Positions 27,382-36,832 of a stretch of 64,000 nucleotides of DNA are shown piece after piece; the first letter of the stretch is position 1, and the number at the start of each line of letters is the position of its first letter. This DNA comes from Thermoplasmata archaeon. GTDB lineage: Archaea > Thermoplasmatota > Thermoplasmata > RBG-16-68-12 > JAJISG01. The notes below the pieces were generated by a model, which was not told the origin of the DNA, did not search any database, and saw only the letters and a list, made by a program, of their open reading frames with translations. The stretch lies in contig JBHIDH010000003.1 of assembly GCA_046759985.1 (NCBI GenBank), positions 2,245-66,244 on the forward strand. Direction: 5' to 3'. Made by a program: the position numbers and the translations under genes.

Positions 27382-28101
27382 TTGGCCACGCGGCTCGTTC
27401 GGCTCGACGCGGTCGAATCGACGAACGATGAGGCCAAGGCCCTGATTGCGGAGGGCGCCGAACCCTGGACGGTCGTCATCGCCCAAAAGCAGCTCCGGGG
27501 GAAGGGCAGATTCGGTCGCTCTTGGATCTCTCCCCGGGGGGGCCTGTACGTCTCCATCCTGCTAAGGAAGGAACTCGAATGGTTGCCTGTCATCTCCATG
27601 GCCGCCTCCCTGGCGGTCGGGGAGGCGCTCGCGTCCCTGGGCCTCGTAACCAGTCTGAAGTGGCCCAACGACGTCCAGGTGGGCGGGGCCAAGGTGGCGG
27701 GAATCCTCGTGGAAGGCCTGGTCGGTCCCGAGGCGTACTGGGCCATCGTGGGGATCGGCATCAACTCGGACGTCTCCCGGGACAGACTCCCCGGGGGAAT
27801 CGACACGCCGGCCACCACGCTACGAGAGGAACTCGGGGGAGCCGTCGACAACGAGGAGCTTCTCTCTCGCCTCCTGCGGGTCTTCCGGGGATACGTGGAG
27901 GGCCTGAAGGACCCCGCGGAGATTGTCCAGGCCTATCGAGACCGTTGCGCCACACTCGGTCGGGACGTCGTCGTCGACACGGGAAAGGGGATCGTGCGCG
28001 GTAAGGCCGTGACCATCGGCGAATCGGGCGTTCTCGTCATTCGGCAACCGTCCGGGGCGCACGTCGAGGTCGCCGACGGGACTGTGCGGGATCCGACCTG
28101 A
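27382..28101 (+). CDS. birA: Biotin--[acetyl-CoA-carboxylase] ligase
   Basis: GKGRFGRSWISPRGGLYVSIL and KWPNDVQVGGAKVAGILVE are BirA catalytic-core motifs. There is no N-terminal HTH. TTG start. Confidence 0.88.
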   Translation: MATRLVRLDAVESTNDEAKALIAEGAEPWTVVIAQKQLRGKGRFGRSWISPRGGLYVSILLRKELEWLPVISMAASLAVGEALASLGLVTSLKWPNDVQVGGAKVAGILVEGLVGPEAYWAIVGIGINSDVSRDRLPGGIDTPATTLREELGGAVDNEELLSRLLRVFRGYVEGLKDPAEIVQAYRDRCATLGRDVVVDTGKGIVRGKAVTIGESGVLVIRQPSGAHVEVADGTVRDPT

Positions 28102-28150
28102 AGCACCAAGGGCGGGCCTTCCTCGTGGGCCTAGGGGGCGGGGTCCTCGT

Positions 28151-28384
28151 GTGGGGAATCCCGCCCTCGGCCCTTGCGTCCTCGTCTATCCCCTGGGCGA
28201 AGCCTCCCACCTCCTCCTAGTCATCCTGGGCCTCCCTTCTTCCCTGAGCTCCCTCCCCTTCGCCCTGACCCTCCTGATCTTCGGTCTCACGACGGCCCTG
28301 GGGGCCCTCCTGGGCGCCTGCGCCTACGGCCTCACGAGCACGGGGGGGGGGTTGAGAGCTGGAAGAGGCGCATCGGCCCCCTAG
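28151..28384 (+). CDS. Possible small membrane protein (77 aa)
   Basis: GTG start. It has two hydrophobic stretches and strongly C/G-ending codons, consistent with coding. It contains a G10 homopolymer (28342-28351). The evidence is weak. Confidence 0.3.
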   Translation: MGNPALGPCVLVYPLGEASHLLLVILGLPSSLSSLPFALTLLIFGLTTALGALLGACAYGLTSTGGGLRAGRGASAP

Positions 28385-28414
28385 GAGCGGCCCCCTCGCC
28401 GTGGGAGGCGTTTT

Positions 28415-28894
28415 ATGGGCGTTCCCGCTCCCTCGGCCATGGCTCCCACCCTGGAAGATTGGGAGAAGGTACTCCCGCCCGTTCCGGCGCCCGTCGCGAA
28501 CTATGCCCTCTTCCGGCGGAGCGGCCGAATCGCCTACACGGCCGGGGTGATCCCCCTCGTCGAAGGCCGGCTCCAGGTCGAGGGAAGGCTCGGTGGGGAC
28601 CTCGCCCTCGAGGAGGGGTACGAGGCGGCCCGTACGTGCGCCCTCCTCGCCCTGAGCATCCTGCGGGAGCACCTGAAAGGCCTGGACGGGATCACCCAGG
28701 TCCTGCGAGTCGTCGTCTTTGTCGCCTCGACCCCGGAGTTTCACGAGCAGTCCCAGGTCGCCGATGGTGCGACCGACCTTCTCGTCGAGGTTCTGGGCGA
28801 GGCCGGAAAACCGACACGGGTGGCCGTGGGGGTGGCGGGACTGCCGCTGGGTGCGCCCGTAGAGCTCGCGCTGACGGTGGAGACCCGCCCCTAG
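28415..28894 (+). CDS. RidA/YjgF family protein
   Basis: 159 aa. The overall pattern (RSGRIAYTAGVIP...RVAVGVAGLPLGAPVELALTVE) is typical of the RidA/YjgF-like fold. Confidence 0.8.
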   Translation: MGVPAPSAMAPTLEDWEKVLPPVPAPVANYALFRRSGRIAYTAGVIPLVEGRLQVEGRLGGDLALEEGYEAARTCALLALSILREHLKGLDGITQVLRVVVFVASTPEFHEQSQVADGATDLLVEVLGEAGKPTRVAVGVAGLPLGAPVELALTVETRP

Positions 28895-28948
28895 GCGTCC
28901 CACAAAAGGGATATTGGCAGGTCCCCTTGGCGACCCGGTGGCCCAACG

Positions 28949-30499
28949 ATGTCCACGGAGGACAGGATCAAGGACCTCCGCAAGCGCAAGGAGGCCGCGC
29001 AGGCTGGCGGGGGCGAGGAGAGCATCCAGAAACAACACGACAAGGGCAAGCTGACGGCCCGGGAGCGGCTCGACATCCTCCTGGACCCCGAGTCTTTCGT
29101 GGAGCTCGATCCCTTCGTCGTCCACCGCATCACCGACTTCGGGATGGACGCCCGGCGCATCCCGGGGGACGGGGTGGTCACGGGATACGGGGCCATCGAC
29201 GGTCGCCTGGCCTACGTCTTCTCCCACGACTTCACCGTCTTCGGAGGCTCCCTGGGGGAGATGTTCGCGAAGAAGGTGGTGAAGGTCATGGACACCGCCA
29301 CGAAGGTGGGGGCCCCCGTTGTCGGCCTCAACGACTCCGGCGGGGCCCGCATCCAGGAGGGAGTCCTCTCCCTCGGCGGGTACGCTGACATCTTCTACCG
29401 AAACGTTCGAGCCTCCGGGGTGATTCCCCAGATCTCCGTCATCATGGGGCCGGCCGCAGGCGGGGCCGTCTATTCGCCGGCCCTCACAGACTTCGTCATC
29501 ATGGTCGGCCAGACGAGCTACATGTTCGTGACCGGTCCCGACGTAGTGAAGGCCGTGACGGGCGAGGAGGTCAGCTTCCAGGAGCTGGGGGGCGCGGCGA
29601 CCCACAACGAGCGGAGTGGCGTGGCCCACTTCGCGGCGGAGAACGAGGACGAGGCCCTCTACACCGTGCGTCGTCTCCTCTCCTTCTTCCCCCCCAACAA
29701 CATGGAGGACCCGCCCGTCCTGGACACCGGCGACCCGTCGGACCGGAAGGACCCCGACCTCATTACCGTCGTTCCCGACGACCCGGAGAAGCCCTACGAC
29801 ATGCGGGAGGTCATCCTCAAGCTCGTGGACGGGGCGGACTTCCTGGAGGTGCAGGAGCACTGGGCCCGCAACATCGTCGTGGGCTTCGCCCGCCTGGACG
29901 GCCACCCCATCGGCGTGGTGGGTAACCAGCCCAAGGTCCTCGCCGGGACCCTGGACATCGACTCCTCCATCAAAGCCGCCCGCTTCATCCGGTTCTGCGA
30001 CTGCTTCAACATCCCCCTCCTGACCTTCGTGGATGTCCCGGGTTTCCTGCCGGGGACGGCCCAGGAGTTCGGGGGCATCATCCGCAACGGGGCCAAGCTC
30101 CTCTACGCCTACTCCGAGGCGACGGTGCCCAAGGTCACCGTCATCACCCGGAAGGCCTACGGCGGGGCCTACGACGTCATGTGCTCGAAGCACATCGGAG
30201 GGGACTACAACGTGGCGTGGCCCACGGCCGAGCTCGCCGTCATGGGCCCCGAGGGGGCCGTGGAGATCATCTTCCGCAAGGAGATCGCGGCCGCGAAGAA
30301 CCCGGAGGCCCGGGAGCGGAAACTCGTGAAGGAGTACAAGGAGAAGTTCGCGAACCCGTACGTCGCCGCGGAGGCCGGCTACCTGGATGACGTGATCGAA
30401 CCCCAGGACACCCGTCCCTACCTCATTCGGGCCCTCCAAACCCTCCTGGACAAGCGGGAGACGGCGCCCCTCCGCAAGCACGGCAACATGCCTCTCTGA
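28949..30499 (+). CDS. pccB: Acyl-CoA (propionyl-CoA / methylmalonyl-CoA) carboxyltransferase subunit
   Basis: 516 aa. [28 protein letters not shown] and [11 protein letters not shown] are motifs of the carboxyl transferase family. Confidence 0.93.
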   Translation: MSTEDRIKDLRKRKEAAQAGGGEESIQKQHDKGKLTARERLDILLDPESFVELDPFVVHRITDFGMDARRIPGDGVVTGYGAIDGRLAYVFSHDFTVFGGSLGEMFAKKVVKVMDTATKVGAPVVGLNDSGGARIQEGVLSLGGYADIFYRNVRASGVIPQISVIMGPAAGGAVYSPALTDFVIMVGQTSYMFVTGPDVVKAVTGEEVSFQELGGAATHNERSGVAHFAAENEDEALYTVRRLLSFFPPNNMEDPPVLDTGDPSDRKDPDLITVVPDDPEKPYDMREVILKLVDGADFLEVQEHWARNIVVGFARLDGHPIGVVGNQPKVLAGTLDIDSSIKAARFIRFCDCFNIPLLTFVDVPGFLPGTAQEFGGIIRNGAKLLYAYSEATVPKVTVITRKAYGGAYDVMCSKHIGGDYNVAWPTAELAVMGPEGAVEIIFRKEIAAAKNPEARERKLVKEYKEKFANPYVAAEAGYLDDVIEPQDTRPYLIRALQTLLDKRETAPLRKHGNMPL

Positions 30500-30544
30500 G
30501 GGGGATTCGTCAATCAACGAACCCGCCTTCGACGATACGCCGTC

Positions 30545-30553
30545 TTTATATAA
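30545..30553 (+). promoter_or_regulatory. TATA box (TTTATATAA) for accC
   Basis: It lies 25 nt upstream of ATG 30578, which is leaderless geometry. Confidence 0.5.
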
Positions 30554-30577
30554 GGAGGCCGCCTCACGCCTGCGCGC

Positions 30578-32128
30578 ATGTTCGGGAAGGTCCTGGTGGC
30601 GAATCGAGGAGAGATCGCGGTGCGGGTCATGCGGACCTGCCGGGAGTTGGGCATCGCGACGGTCGCCATCTACTCCGGGGCCGACGCGGCCTCCCTCCAC
30701 CGCTTCTACGCCGATGAGGCGTACGAGATCCCCGCCGAGGACCCGCGCCGCAGCTATCTCGACATCGAGGCTATCGTGCGACTCGCCGGACGGGTCGGGG
30801 CGGAGGCCATCCACCCGGGCTATGGCTTCCTTGCGGAGAACGCGGCCTTCGTTCGCGCGTGTGACGAGGCGGGTATCGTCTTCGTGGGGCCCCCCGCCGC
30901 GGCCATGGACGTGTCGGGGGACAAGCTCCGGTCGAAGGCGATCTTGAAGGAGGTAGGCGTGCCCCTGTCCCCCGGTTCCGACCGCCCCCTGGCATCGCCG
31001 GAGGAGGCGGGGGCGGCCGCCGAGGCGGTGGGCTACCCCGTCATCCTGAAGGTTGCCGGCGGGGGCGGGGGCATCGGGATGCAGGTGGTCCGGGAGGAGG
31101 CCGACCTGGCGACGGCCCTGGGGCAGGCCCGGTCCCTCGCCGCGTCGTCTTTCGGTGTTTCCGACATCTTCCTCGAGCGCTACCACCCCCACGCGCGACA
31201 CATCGAGTTCCAGATTCTGTCGGACGGGAGGCGGACGATCCACCTGGGTGAACGAGAGTGTTCCATCCAACGCCGCTACCAGAAGCTGATCGAGGAGGCG
31301 CCCTCGCCCCTCGTGGACGACGCGATCCGGGAGAAGATCGGGGCCCTCTCGGTCCGGGTCGCCGAGGCCTTGGGTTATGCGAACGCCGGGACCATCGAGT
31401 ACGTCTACTCCGAGGGGCACTTCTACTTCAACGAGGTCAACGCGCGGCTGCAGGTCGAGCATCCCGTCACGGAGTGGCTGACCGGCCTCGACCTCGTAGC
31501 GGAGCAGCTCGCCGTCGCCGCCGGAGAGCCCCTGTCCCTGAACCAGGACGACGTGGTCCTACGAGGTTGGGCCCTGGAGTGCCGCATCAACGCCGAGGAC
31601 CCGTATCGAGGCTTCCTGCCCTCGCCGGGCCGCATCACGCACCTAGGGCTTCCTTCGGGTCCGGGGGTGCGCGTGGACACCGCGCTCCAGGTAGGGACGG
31701 AGATTACCACCGCCTACGACCCCCTCGTCGCCAAGATCATCACCCACGGGAGGAACCGGAGGCAGGCGACCCGACGCATGGGAAGGGCCCTGGGAGAGAC
31801 CGTCCTCCAGGGGGTGGCCACGAACGTTCCCTTCCACCGGGCCATCCTGCAGGACGAGGCGTTCGAGGCCGGCGACCTCTCTGTCCGCTTCATCGAAGAG
31901 CGAGGTATCGTCGAGGCCCTGGAAGGGGCGCGCAGGAAGGAGGAACGGGAGCGGCGGACCCTCGTGGCCGCCTTGGCCGCCGCGGCCGTGGCTTCCCGGG
32001 GCACCATCCCCCGTCGGATGGAGGCCTTTCCCATCCGGCCCCGATCCCCCAAGGCGTGGACCCGGGCCGGGCGGGAGGAGCAGCATCGGGGACGGAACCA
32101 TGACCGTGCGCTTCGACGTGGTCTTTGA
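30578..32128 (+). CDS. accC: Biotin carboxylase subunit of acetyl/propionyl-CoA carboxylase
   Basis: MFGKVLVANRGEIAVRVMRTCRELGI plus ATP-grasp motifs. The 3' end overlaps the BCCP gene by 29 nt. Confidence 0.93.
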   Translation: MFGKVLVANRGEIAVRVMRTCRELGIATVAIYSGADAASLHRFYADEAYEIPAEDPRRSYLDIEAIVRLAGRVGAEAIHPGYGFLAENAAFVRACDEAGIVFVGPPAAAMDVSGDKLRSKAILKEVGVPLSPGSDRPLASPEEAGAAAEAVGYPVILKVAGGGGGIGMQVVREEADLATALGQARSLAASSFGVSDIFLERYHPHARHIEFQILSDGRRTIHLGERECSIQRRYQKLIEEAPSPLVDDAIREKIGALSVRVAEALGYANAGTIEYVYSEGHFYFNEVNARLQVEHPVTEWLTGLDLVAEQLAVAAGEPLSLNQDDVVLRGWALECRINAEDPYRGFLPSPGRITHLGLPSGPGVRVDTALQVGTEITTAYDPLVAKIITHGRNRRQATRRMGRALGETVLQGVATNVPFHRAILQDEAFEAGDLSVRFIEERGIVEALEGARRKEERERRTLVAALAAAAVASRGTIPRRMEAFPIRPRSPKAWTRAGREEQHRGRNHDRALRRGL

Positions 32129-32582
32129 GGGGGAGCCCTACCGGGTGGAGGTCGGCGAGGATCTCCGGGTCCGCATCGACGGGGAGGATTTCGCCCCCCG
32201 TGTGCGGGCACAGGAAGACGCCTACCAGGTCTCGCTCGGTCGCCATCGCTACCGGTTCCGCCTGGCCGGTCGGAGCCTTTTCCTGAACGGCATGGCCCTG
32301 GACGTCGCCTTCCGGGGCTACCTCCCGTCGAGCGCCCTCGCTCCCGAACCCACGACGGAAGGGGTGGTCGCCACCCCCGTGCGCGCCCCCATGCCGGGAC
32401 GCGTCATCGCGCTCCTCGTAGAGAGCGGGGCGCGCGTGCGGCTGGGGACCCCCCTTCTCGTCCTGGAGGCCATGAAGATGCAGAACGAGATTCCCTCCCC
32501 CGCCGACGGGGAGGTTCGGGAGATTCGGGTGGCGCCCGGGGACGCGGTCGGCCAGGAAGAGGTCCTTCTGATTCTCCAGTGA
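32100..32582 (+). CDS. accB: Biotin carboxyl carrier protein
   Basis: The C-terminal biotinyl domain carries the EAMKMQNEI biotinylation motif. Confidence 0.88.
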   Translation: MTVRFDVVFEGEPYRVEVGEDLRVRIDGEDFAPRVRAQEDAYQVSLGRHRYRFRLAGRSLFLNGMALDVAFRGYLPSSALAPEPTTEGVVATPVRAPMPGRVIALLVESGARVRLGTPLLVLEAMKMQNEIPSPADGEVREIRVAPGDAVGQEEVLLILQ

Positions 32583-32597
32583 GTCGGATCGGAGACG

Positions 32598-33638
32598 TCA
32601 CGCCAAGCGGGTCAGCTCCTGGCCCTCCCACGTGAACACGTGACGCTTCCTCCGTTGGGGAACGCCCCGCTGCAGCAGGTACCCGACGATGAGGGGGAGG
32701 CCGATCGTGGCCTCCACGTACACCTGGGCCGTTCGCGCTTCAGCGTGAATCTTGCCCCACGATTTGGACTCCTCGAACGTGGCGCCCGAGAGGCCGCCCC
32801 AGTGGGGGACGTCCATGGTGAGCTGGACGGCGTAGTCGAACCCCCCGGGCTCGTGTCCGAGGGTCTCCGCCGTGATCTCCGCCTGTTGAATGTAGTTCTT
32901 GGGCACGCCGCCCCCGACGAGAAACTCGGCCCGCGCCGGGGACTTCCAGAGAATCTGGGCGATCTCGTAGTTGTCCTGCACGAGGTCGATACGCACGGGC
33001 TCTTCCCCCTTCTCGGTCCGCCGCGCCATATGGCTGACCAGGCCAACGCCGATGCCGCTGTCGTGGTAGGTGGGGACGAAGTAGGGCACGCCGTGGGTGT
33101 AGGCCGCCCGGACAATCGAGGTCTCGTCCTCGAGCCGTTCGCCAAGGATGGCCATGAACTCCCGGCTCGAGTAGGCCCGGGGCTCCAAGCCGTCCGCCAC
33201 TTCGGCCATCATCGCGTCAACCTCCCGGAACGCGGCCTCGTCCGCCAGGGTGTCGTAGACGCGATCGATGAAGTGGTGCCGCAGCTGGACGTCGTCCATG
33301 GCGGGATCGCCGCGGTAATGGTGGTAGCCCAACCCCTCGTAGAAGTCGTGGTAGGCAATGGCCCCCGTGGTCACGAGCACGTCCACGAGCCCCTTCCGAA
33401 TCATGTCACTGATGACCTTCCGCATCCCGCCCGGGATCATGGCCCCGGCAAGGCCGAGGAACATCGTGGGGCGCGTCCGATTGACCAACGCATCCTCCAG
33501 AATCGCCGCCGCTGTGCCCAGAGCCCGGCTCTGGAAGGAACCCATGCGAAACTGCTCCACCAGCTCGCCGATAGTGGCCGCGCGCTCCAAATCTACGTGG
33601 CGCAGCCGTTGACTCAAGAGTGCTTCCTTCTCCGCCAT
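32598..33638 (-). CDS. dys: Deoxyhypusine synthase
   Basis: 346 aa. FLGLAGAMIPGGMRKVISDMIRKGLVDVLVTTGA and the overall pattern match DHS. Confidence 0.93.
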   Translation of the reverse strand: MAEKEALLSQRLRHVDLERAATIGELVEQFRMGSFQSRALGTAAAILEDALVNRTRPTMFLGLAGAMIPGGMRKVISDMIRKGLVDVLVTTGAIAYHDFYEGLGYHHYRGDPAMDDVQLRHHFIDRVYDTLADEAAFREVDAMMAEVADGLEPRAYSSREFMAILGERLEDETSIVRAAYTHGVPYFVPTYHDSGIGVGLVSHMARRTEKGEEPVRIDLVQDNYEIAQILWKSPARAEFLVGGGVPKNYIQQAEITAETLGHEPGGFDYAVQLTMDVPHWGGLSGATFEESKSWGKIHAEARTAQVYVEATIGLPLIVGYLLQRGVPQRRKRHVFTWEGQELTRLA

Positions 33639-33799
33639 CCTACCACCGCCGACGCTAGCTTCCCCCGGTATGAGAAGATTTCGCGCGGGGGGCCGCCCGG
33701 ACCGCCTCCGGATCGGATAGGGGCGCCTGCGGACCGCTCTCCGGAAGGCCAGGCTAAACCTTTATTACGCGAGACCGGCATGAAATCGCCCGAGGAGTC

Positions 33800-34138
33800 A
33801 TGCAGGCCGAGCCCACCTTCGAGGTGACGGAACCCGCTGCGGCCAAGCTGAAGGAGCTGGCGGCGAAGCAGGGCTTGAACACGCCCCGGATTCGCGTCAG
33901 GGTGGTCAGCGGAGGCTGCTCGGGGATGAGCTACAACGTGGACTTCGCGAAGGAGGCCGAGGAGAAGGACATCGTCTGGGAGACGCGGGGGGTGAAGGTC
34001 CTCCTCGACCCCATGTCGGCGCTCTACGTGATGAACTCCCAGATGGACTACACGGAGGGCCTCATGGGTTCGGGCTTCAAGATCAAGAACCCCAACGCCC
34101 AGGGCACATGCGCCTGCGGCGAGTCCTTCTATGTGTGA
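33800..34138 (+). CDS. iscA: Iron-sulfur cluster insertion/assembly protein (HesB/IscA/ErpA family)
   Basis: RVRVVSGGCSGMSY and the C-terminal CACGESF motifs are present. A CCTTTATTAC box lies about 33 nt upstream. Confidence 0.9.
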   Translation: MQAEPTFEVTEPAAAKLKELAAKQGLNTPRIRVRVVSGGCSGMSYNVDFAKEAEEKDIVWETRGVKVLLDPMSALYVMNSQMDYTEGLMGSGFKIKNPNAQGTCACGESFYV

Positions 34139-34147
34139 GGGAGGCCC

Positions 34148-34390
34148 ATGAAGGAGGTGTTGGACCTCTCGGAGCTGCTGGGCCTCGTCCGCCTCGACGA
34201 CTTCGTTGCCCGGCTGGAGAAGTTGGACTTCTCTCGCTACGAGGGGAAGAAGGTCCAGATGCGGGGCTGCGTCCCTGTCTGGGCACACCTGGCCGTCGCC
34301 GCCAAGCTGATCGAGCAGGTGGAGGAGCTGGAGTTCCTCGTGGACGACGGCAAGAAGGGGAAGCCCATTCAGATCTACGCCAGAGCGTAG
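34148..34390 (+). CDS. Small hypothetical protein (80 aa)
   Basis: The ATG lies 10 nt after the iscA stop. LDFSRYEGKKVQMRGCVPVWAHLAVAAKL faintly recalls DUF2480-type proteins. That recollection comes from memory and is unverified. Confidence 0.5.
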   Translation: MKEVLDLSELLGLVRLDDFVARLEKLDFSRYEGKKVQMRGCVPVWAHLAVAAKLIEQVEELEFLVDDGKKGKPIQIYARA

Positions 34391-34506
34391 GGTGCTCTCT
34401 TCAAAAGTGATAATTTCGCCCCCGGCCTTATTACCCCCCTCTCTCCTCGTCCTCTTGCATTGGGCTGGAACCAGGCACCGCCATGTTCTAGAGGTGCTTC
34501 TCCTTG

Positions 34507-36798
34507 ATGGCGAACGACGAACAGAGCCCGGAAGCCCAGGTTCTGTGCATCGTCTGTGGAAGCGGCCTGAGGGCCGACGGCCAGTGCTCCTCCTGCGGCA
34601 CGCAGCACGAGACCGTGAATGGCCAGCTGCGCGTCAGTTCCGACGCCGGCGAGGGGCCGCCCGCCGCCCGGACCCCGCCAGACGAGATGGACAAGGAGGC
34701 CCTCGTAGCCTGGCTCAAGGGTGAGTCAGGGAACCTGGAGACGTGGATCAAGGGCGAACCTCCCCCCTCCCCCGATGAGAAGACGCCCCCGTCCGAATCC
34801 CCACCCCCTGCCGAAGCAGGTGACCCGCGGGCAAAGGCCCAGGCGCTCGAGCGCTGGCTGAAGGGGGACGAGACGGGGCTGGACGACTGGCTCTCTCAGC
34901 CCGAGTCCCCCAGCGAGGAGGCCCCGGCGGAAGCGGCCTCGAGAGAGGACGAGGAGAAGGACGTCGATGAGCTTCGCGCAGATCTCGTGGCCATGAAGCG
35001 GGCCGTGAAGGCCGAACTCTCCAAGATCAAACAGGGTCGCATCGACCCGCTGGCCTACCTGGAGGAGATCGCCAAGCTCAACCGGAAGCTCCAGCGGGAG
35101 GTCCGGCAGCGGAAGGAGCTCGAGGGCAAGTTCGAGCACATGAAGAAGTCCTCCGTGGCCGTGGTGAAGTACGTCAAGACCCAGAAGGAGGAGGAGGGCC
35201 CGGAGGCAAGGCGCCGCCTTGCGGAGGAGAGGGAGGCGCGGCGGAACCTGGAGATCGAGCTGGAGAAGGCCAACAACCTCGTGGCCCGGCTGAAGACGGA
35301 GGCCGAGGGCAAGATCGCCGAGCTGCCGAAGAACGTCAGGGCCCTGAAGGAGTCTGAGATCCAGCTGGTGGAACGGGAGGAAGGCCTGGCGGCGAAGGAG
35401 AAGGAGCTCAAAGCCCTCGAAGAGGACCTGCGCACCGACGCGACCGGTGTTTCGAACGCCGAGCTGGAGCGCCGGCTCAAGGCGGAGCTGGCGGAGAAGG
35501 AGCGCGAGTACCTCGACAGGGAAGCCGAGACGAAGAAGCAGGTCATCGACCTGGAGGGGGAGGTCGAGCGGCTCAAGATCGAGGCCAAGCTGAAGGCCGA
35601 GGCCATTGAGCTCAGCGGCCGGAGCGGGACGGACGTCGACGCCGAGCTCACCGAGAAAGCGCGCGAGCTCCAACTGCGGGAGCGGGACCTCATCCTGCGG
35701 CAGCAGGAGGTGGAACGTCTCAAGGGGGACCTGGCGGTCCAACGGGACGAGATGGACAAGCTGAAGGAGCCCCTCTCCTACAAGGAGGAAGAACTCCTCC
35801 GGCGGGAGGAGGACCTCATCTACCGCGAGAAGCTCTTGGAGCAGGAGAAGAAGCGGGTCGTGGCGGCCCGGAGCCAGGCGGGCACCATGGAGGAGGCCCG
35901 GCTCAAGGAGCGCTTGGAGACGCTCAAGGGCGAAATCAACCAGAAGGAGGAGGAGGTCCGGGCAAAGGAGACCTACCTCAAGGCCAAGATGGAGGAGCTC
36001 CGGATGCGGGAGCAGGGGCTCATCGAGGAGGAAATCGAGGCGCGGGAGGAGGAGCGGGCCTTCGAGTTCAAGCAAGAAAAGGTCAAGACGGGGACGCCTC
36101 GGTTGGACGACCTCCTCCTGGGGGGTATCCCCTTCGGCTCCAACGTCTCCGTGTACGGCCCCCCCTTCATCGGCAAGGAGGTCGTTGTCAACGCCTTCGT
36201 GGCGGAAGGCCTGAAGAAGGGCGTACCCGCCATCTGGGTCATCACGGACAAGACGCCGGATGACATCCGGAATGAGATGCAATACGTCGTTCCCGGGTAC
36301 GAGGAGTACGAGAACCTGGGGCTGGTTCAGTACATCGACGCCTACTCCACGGGCATGGGGGCGGCCACGGACGACGAGTACGCGACCTACATCGAAGATC
36401 CCACGGACCAGGCCGCCATTCTCGAGGCGGTGGATCGCGTGGCCACCGAGCTCATGACCAAGCACAAGACGTACCGTCTTGCCTTCCGGTCCATCTCCAC
36501 GCTCATGGCCTATCTAGACCCTGCCTCCACGTTCCGGTTCCTTCAGCCCTTCGCGGGCCGGCGGAAGCGGGACAAGGCCGTCAGCCTGTACGTAATCGAG
36601 AAGGGGATGCACGGGGAGCAAGACATCCAGATGCTCGGCAGCCTGATGGACGGGATGGTCGACTTCAAGGTCGACCAGCTCAAGACCTACCTGAGCGTGA
36701 AGGGTATCTCCGATGCCCAGTCCCGAGCATGGATTCAGTACATGTACTCCAAGCAGGGCATCAGCATCGGTTCCTTCACCCTGGACCACATCCGATAG
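34507..36798 (+). CDS. Zn-ribbon / WLKG-repeat / long coiled-coil protein with C-terminal KaiC-RecA-like domain
   Basis: CIVCG-x10-CSSCG ribbon. Two W(L/I)KGE...W(I/L) repeats. About 400 aa of E/K/R/L-rich heptad-like sequence. A C-terminal domain (from about 36088) reads TGTPRLDDLLLGGIPFGSNVSVYGPPFIGKEVV..., which is typical of KaiC/RadA-like ATPases (COG0467 type). The ATG at 34507 follows the track TTG at 34504. Confidence 0.75.
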   Translation: MANDEQSPEAQVLCIVCGSGLRADGQCSSCGTQHETVNGQLRVSSDAGEGPPAARTPPDEMDKEALVAWLKGESGNLETWIKGEPPPSPDEKTPPSESPPPAEAGDPRAKAQALERWLKGDETGLDDWLSQPESPSEEAPAEAASREDEEKDVDELRADLVAMKRAVKAELSKIKQGRIDPLAYLEEIAKLNRKLQREVRQRKELEGKFEHMKKSSVAVVKYVKTQKEEEGPEARRRLAEEREARRNLEIELEKANNLVARLKTEAEGKIAELPKNVRALKESEIQLVEREEGLAAKEKELKALEEDLRTDATGVSNAELERRLKAELAEKEREYLDREAETKKQVIDLEGEVERLKIEAKLKAEAIELSGRSGTDVDAELTEKARELQLRERDLILRQQEVERLKGDLAVQRDEMDKLKEPLSYKEEELLRREEDLIYREKLLEQEKKRVVAARSQAGTMEEARLKERLETLKGEINQKEEEVRAKETYLKAKMEELRMREQGLIEEEIEAREEERAFEFKQEKVKTGTPRLDDLLLGGIPFGSNVSVYGPPFIGKEVVVNAFVAEGLKKGVPAIWVITDKTPDDIRNEMQYVVPGYEEYENLGLVQYIDAYSTGMGAATDDEYATYIEDPTDQAAILEAVDRVATELMTKHKTYRLAFRSISTLMAYLDPASTFRFLQPFAGRRKRDKAVSLYVIEKGMHGEQDIQMLGSLMDGMVDFKVDQLKTYLSVKGISDAQSRAWIQYMYSKQGISIGSFTLDHIR

Positions 36799-36832
36799 CC
36801 GCGGCCCGCCTGGGCTTTTTCCGCGGGGTCGT

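Noticed and set aside
28217-31462. 1081-aa ORF on the minus strand, the longest ORF in the track
   Set aside because: It is antisense to ridA, pccB and accC, all of which carry unmistakable family motifs on the plus strand. Its product is low-complexity (G/R/P/D/V/H/L-rich) with no recognisable domain. This is a typical stop-codon-poor antisense frame in high-GC DNA.
34726-36465. 579-aa minus-strand ORF, with further nested ORFs
   Set aside because: It is the mirror image of the coiled-coil gene. Antisense to GAG/AAG/CTC-rich codons gives Leu/Pro/Phe-rich pseudo-protein. It has no independent signals.
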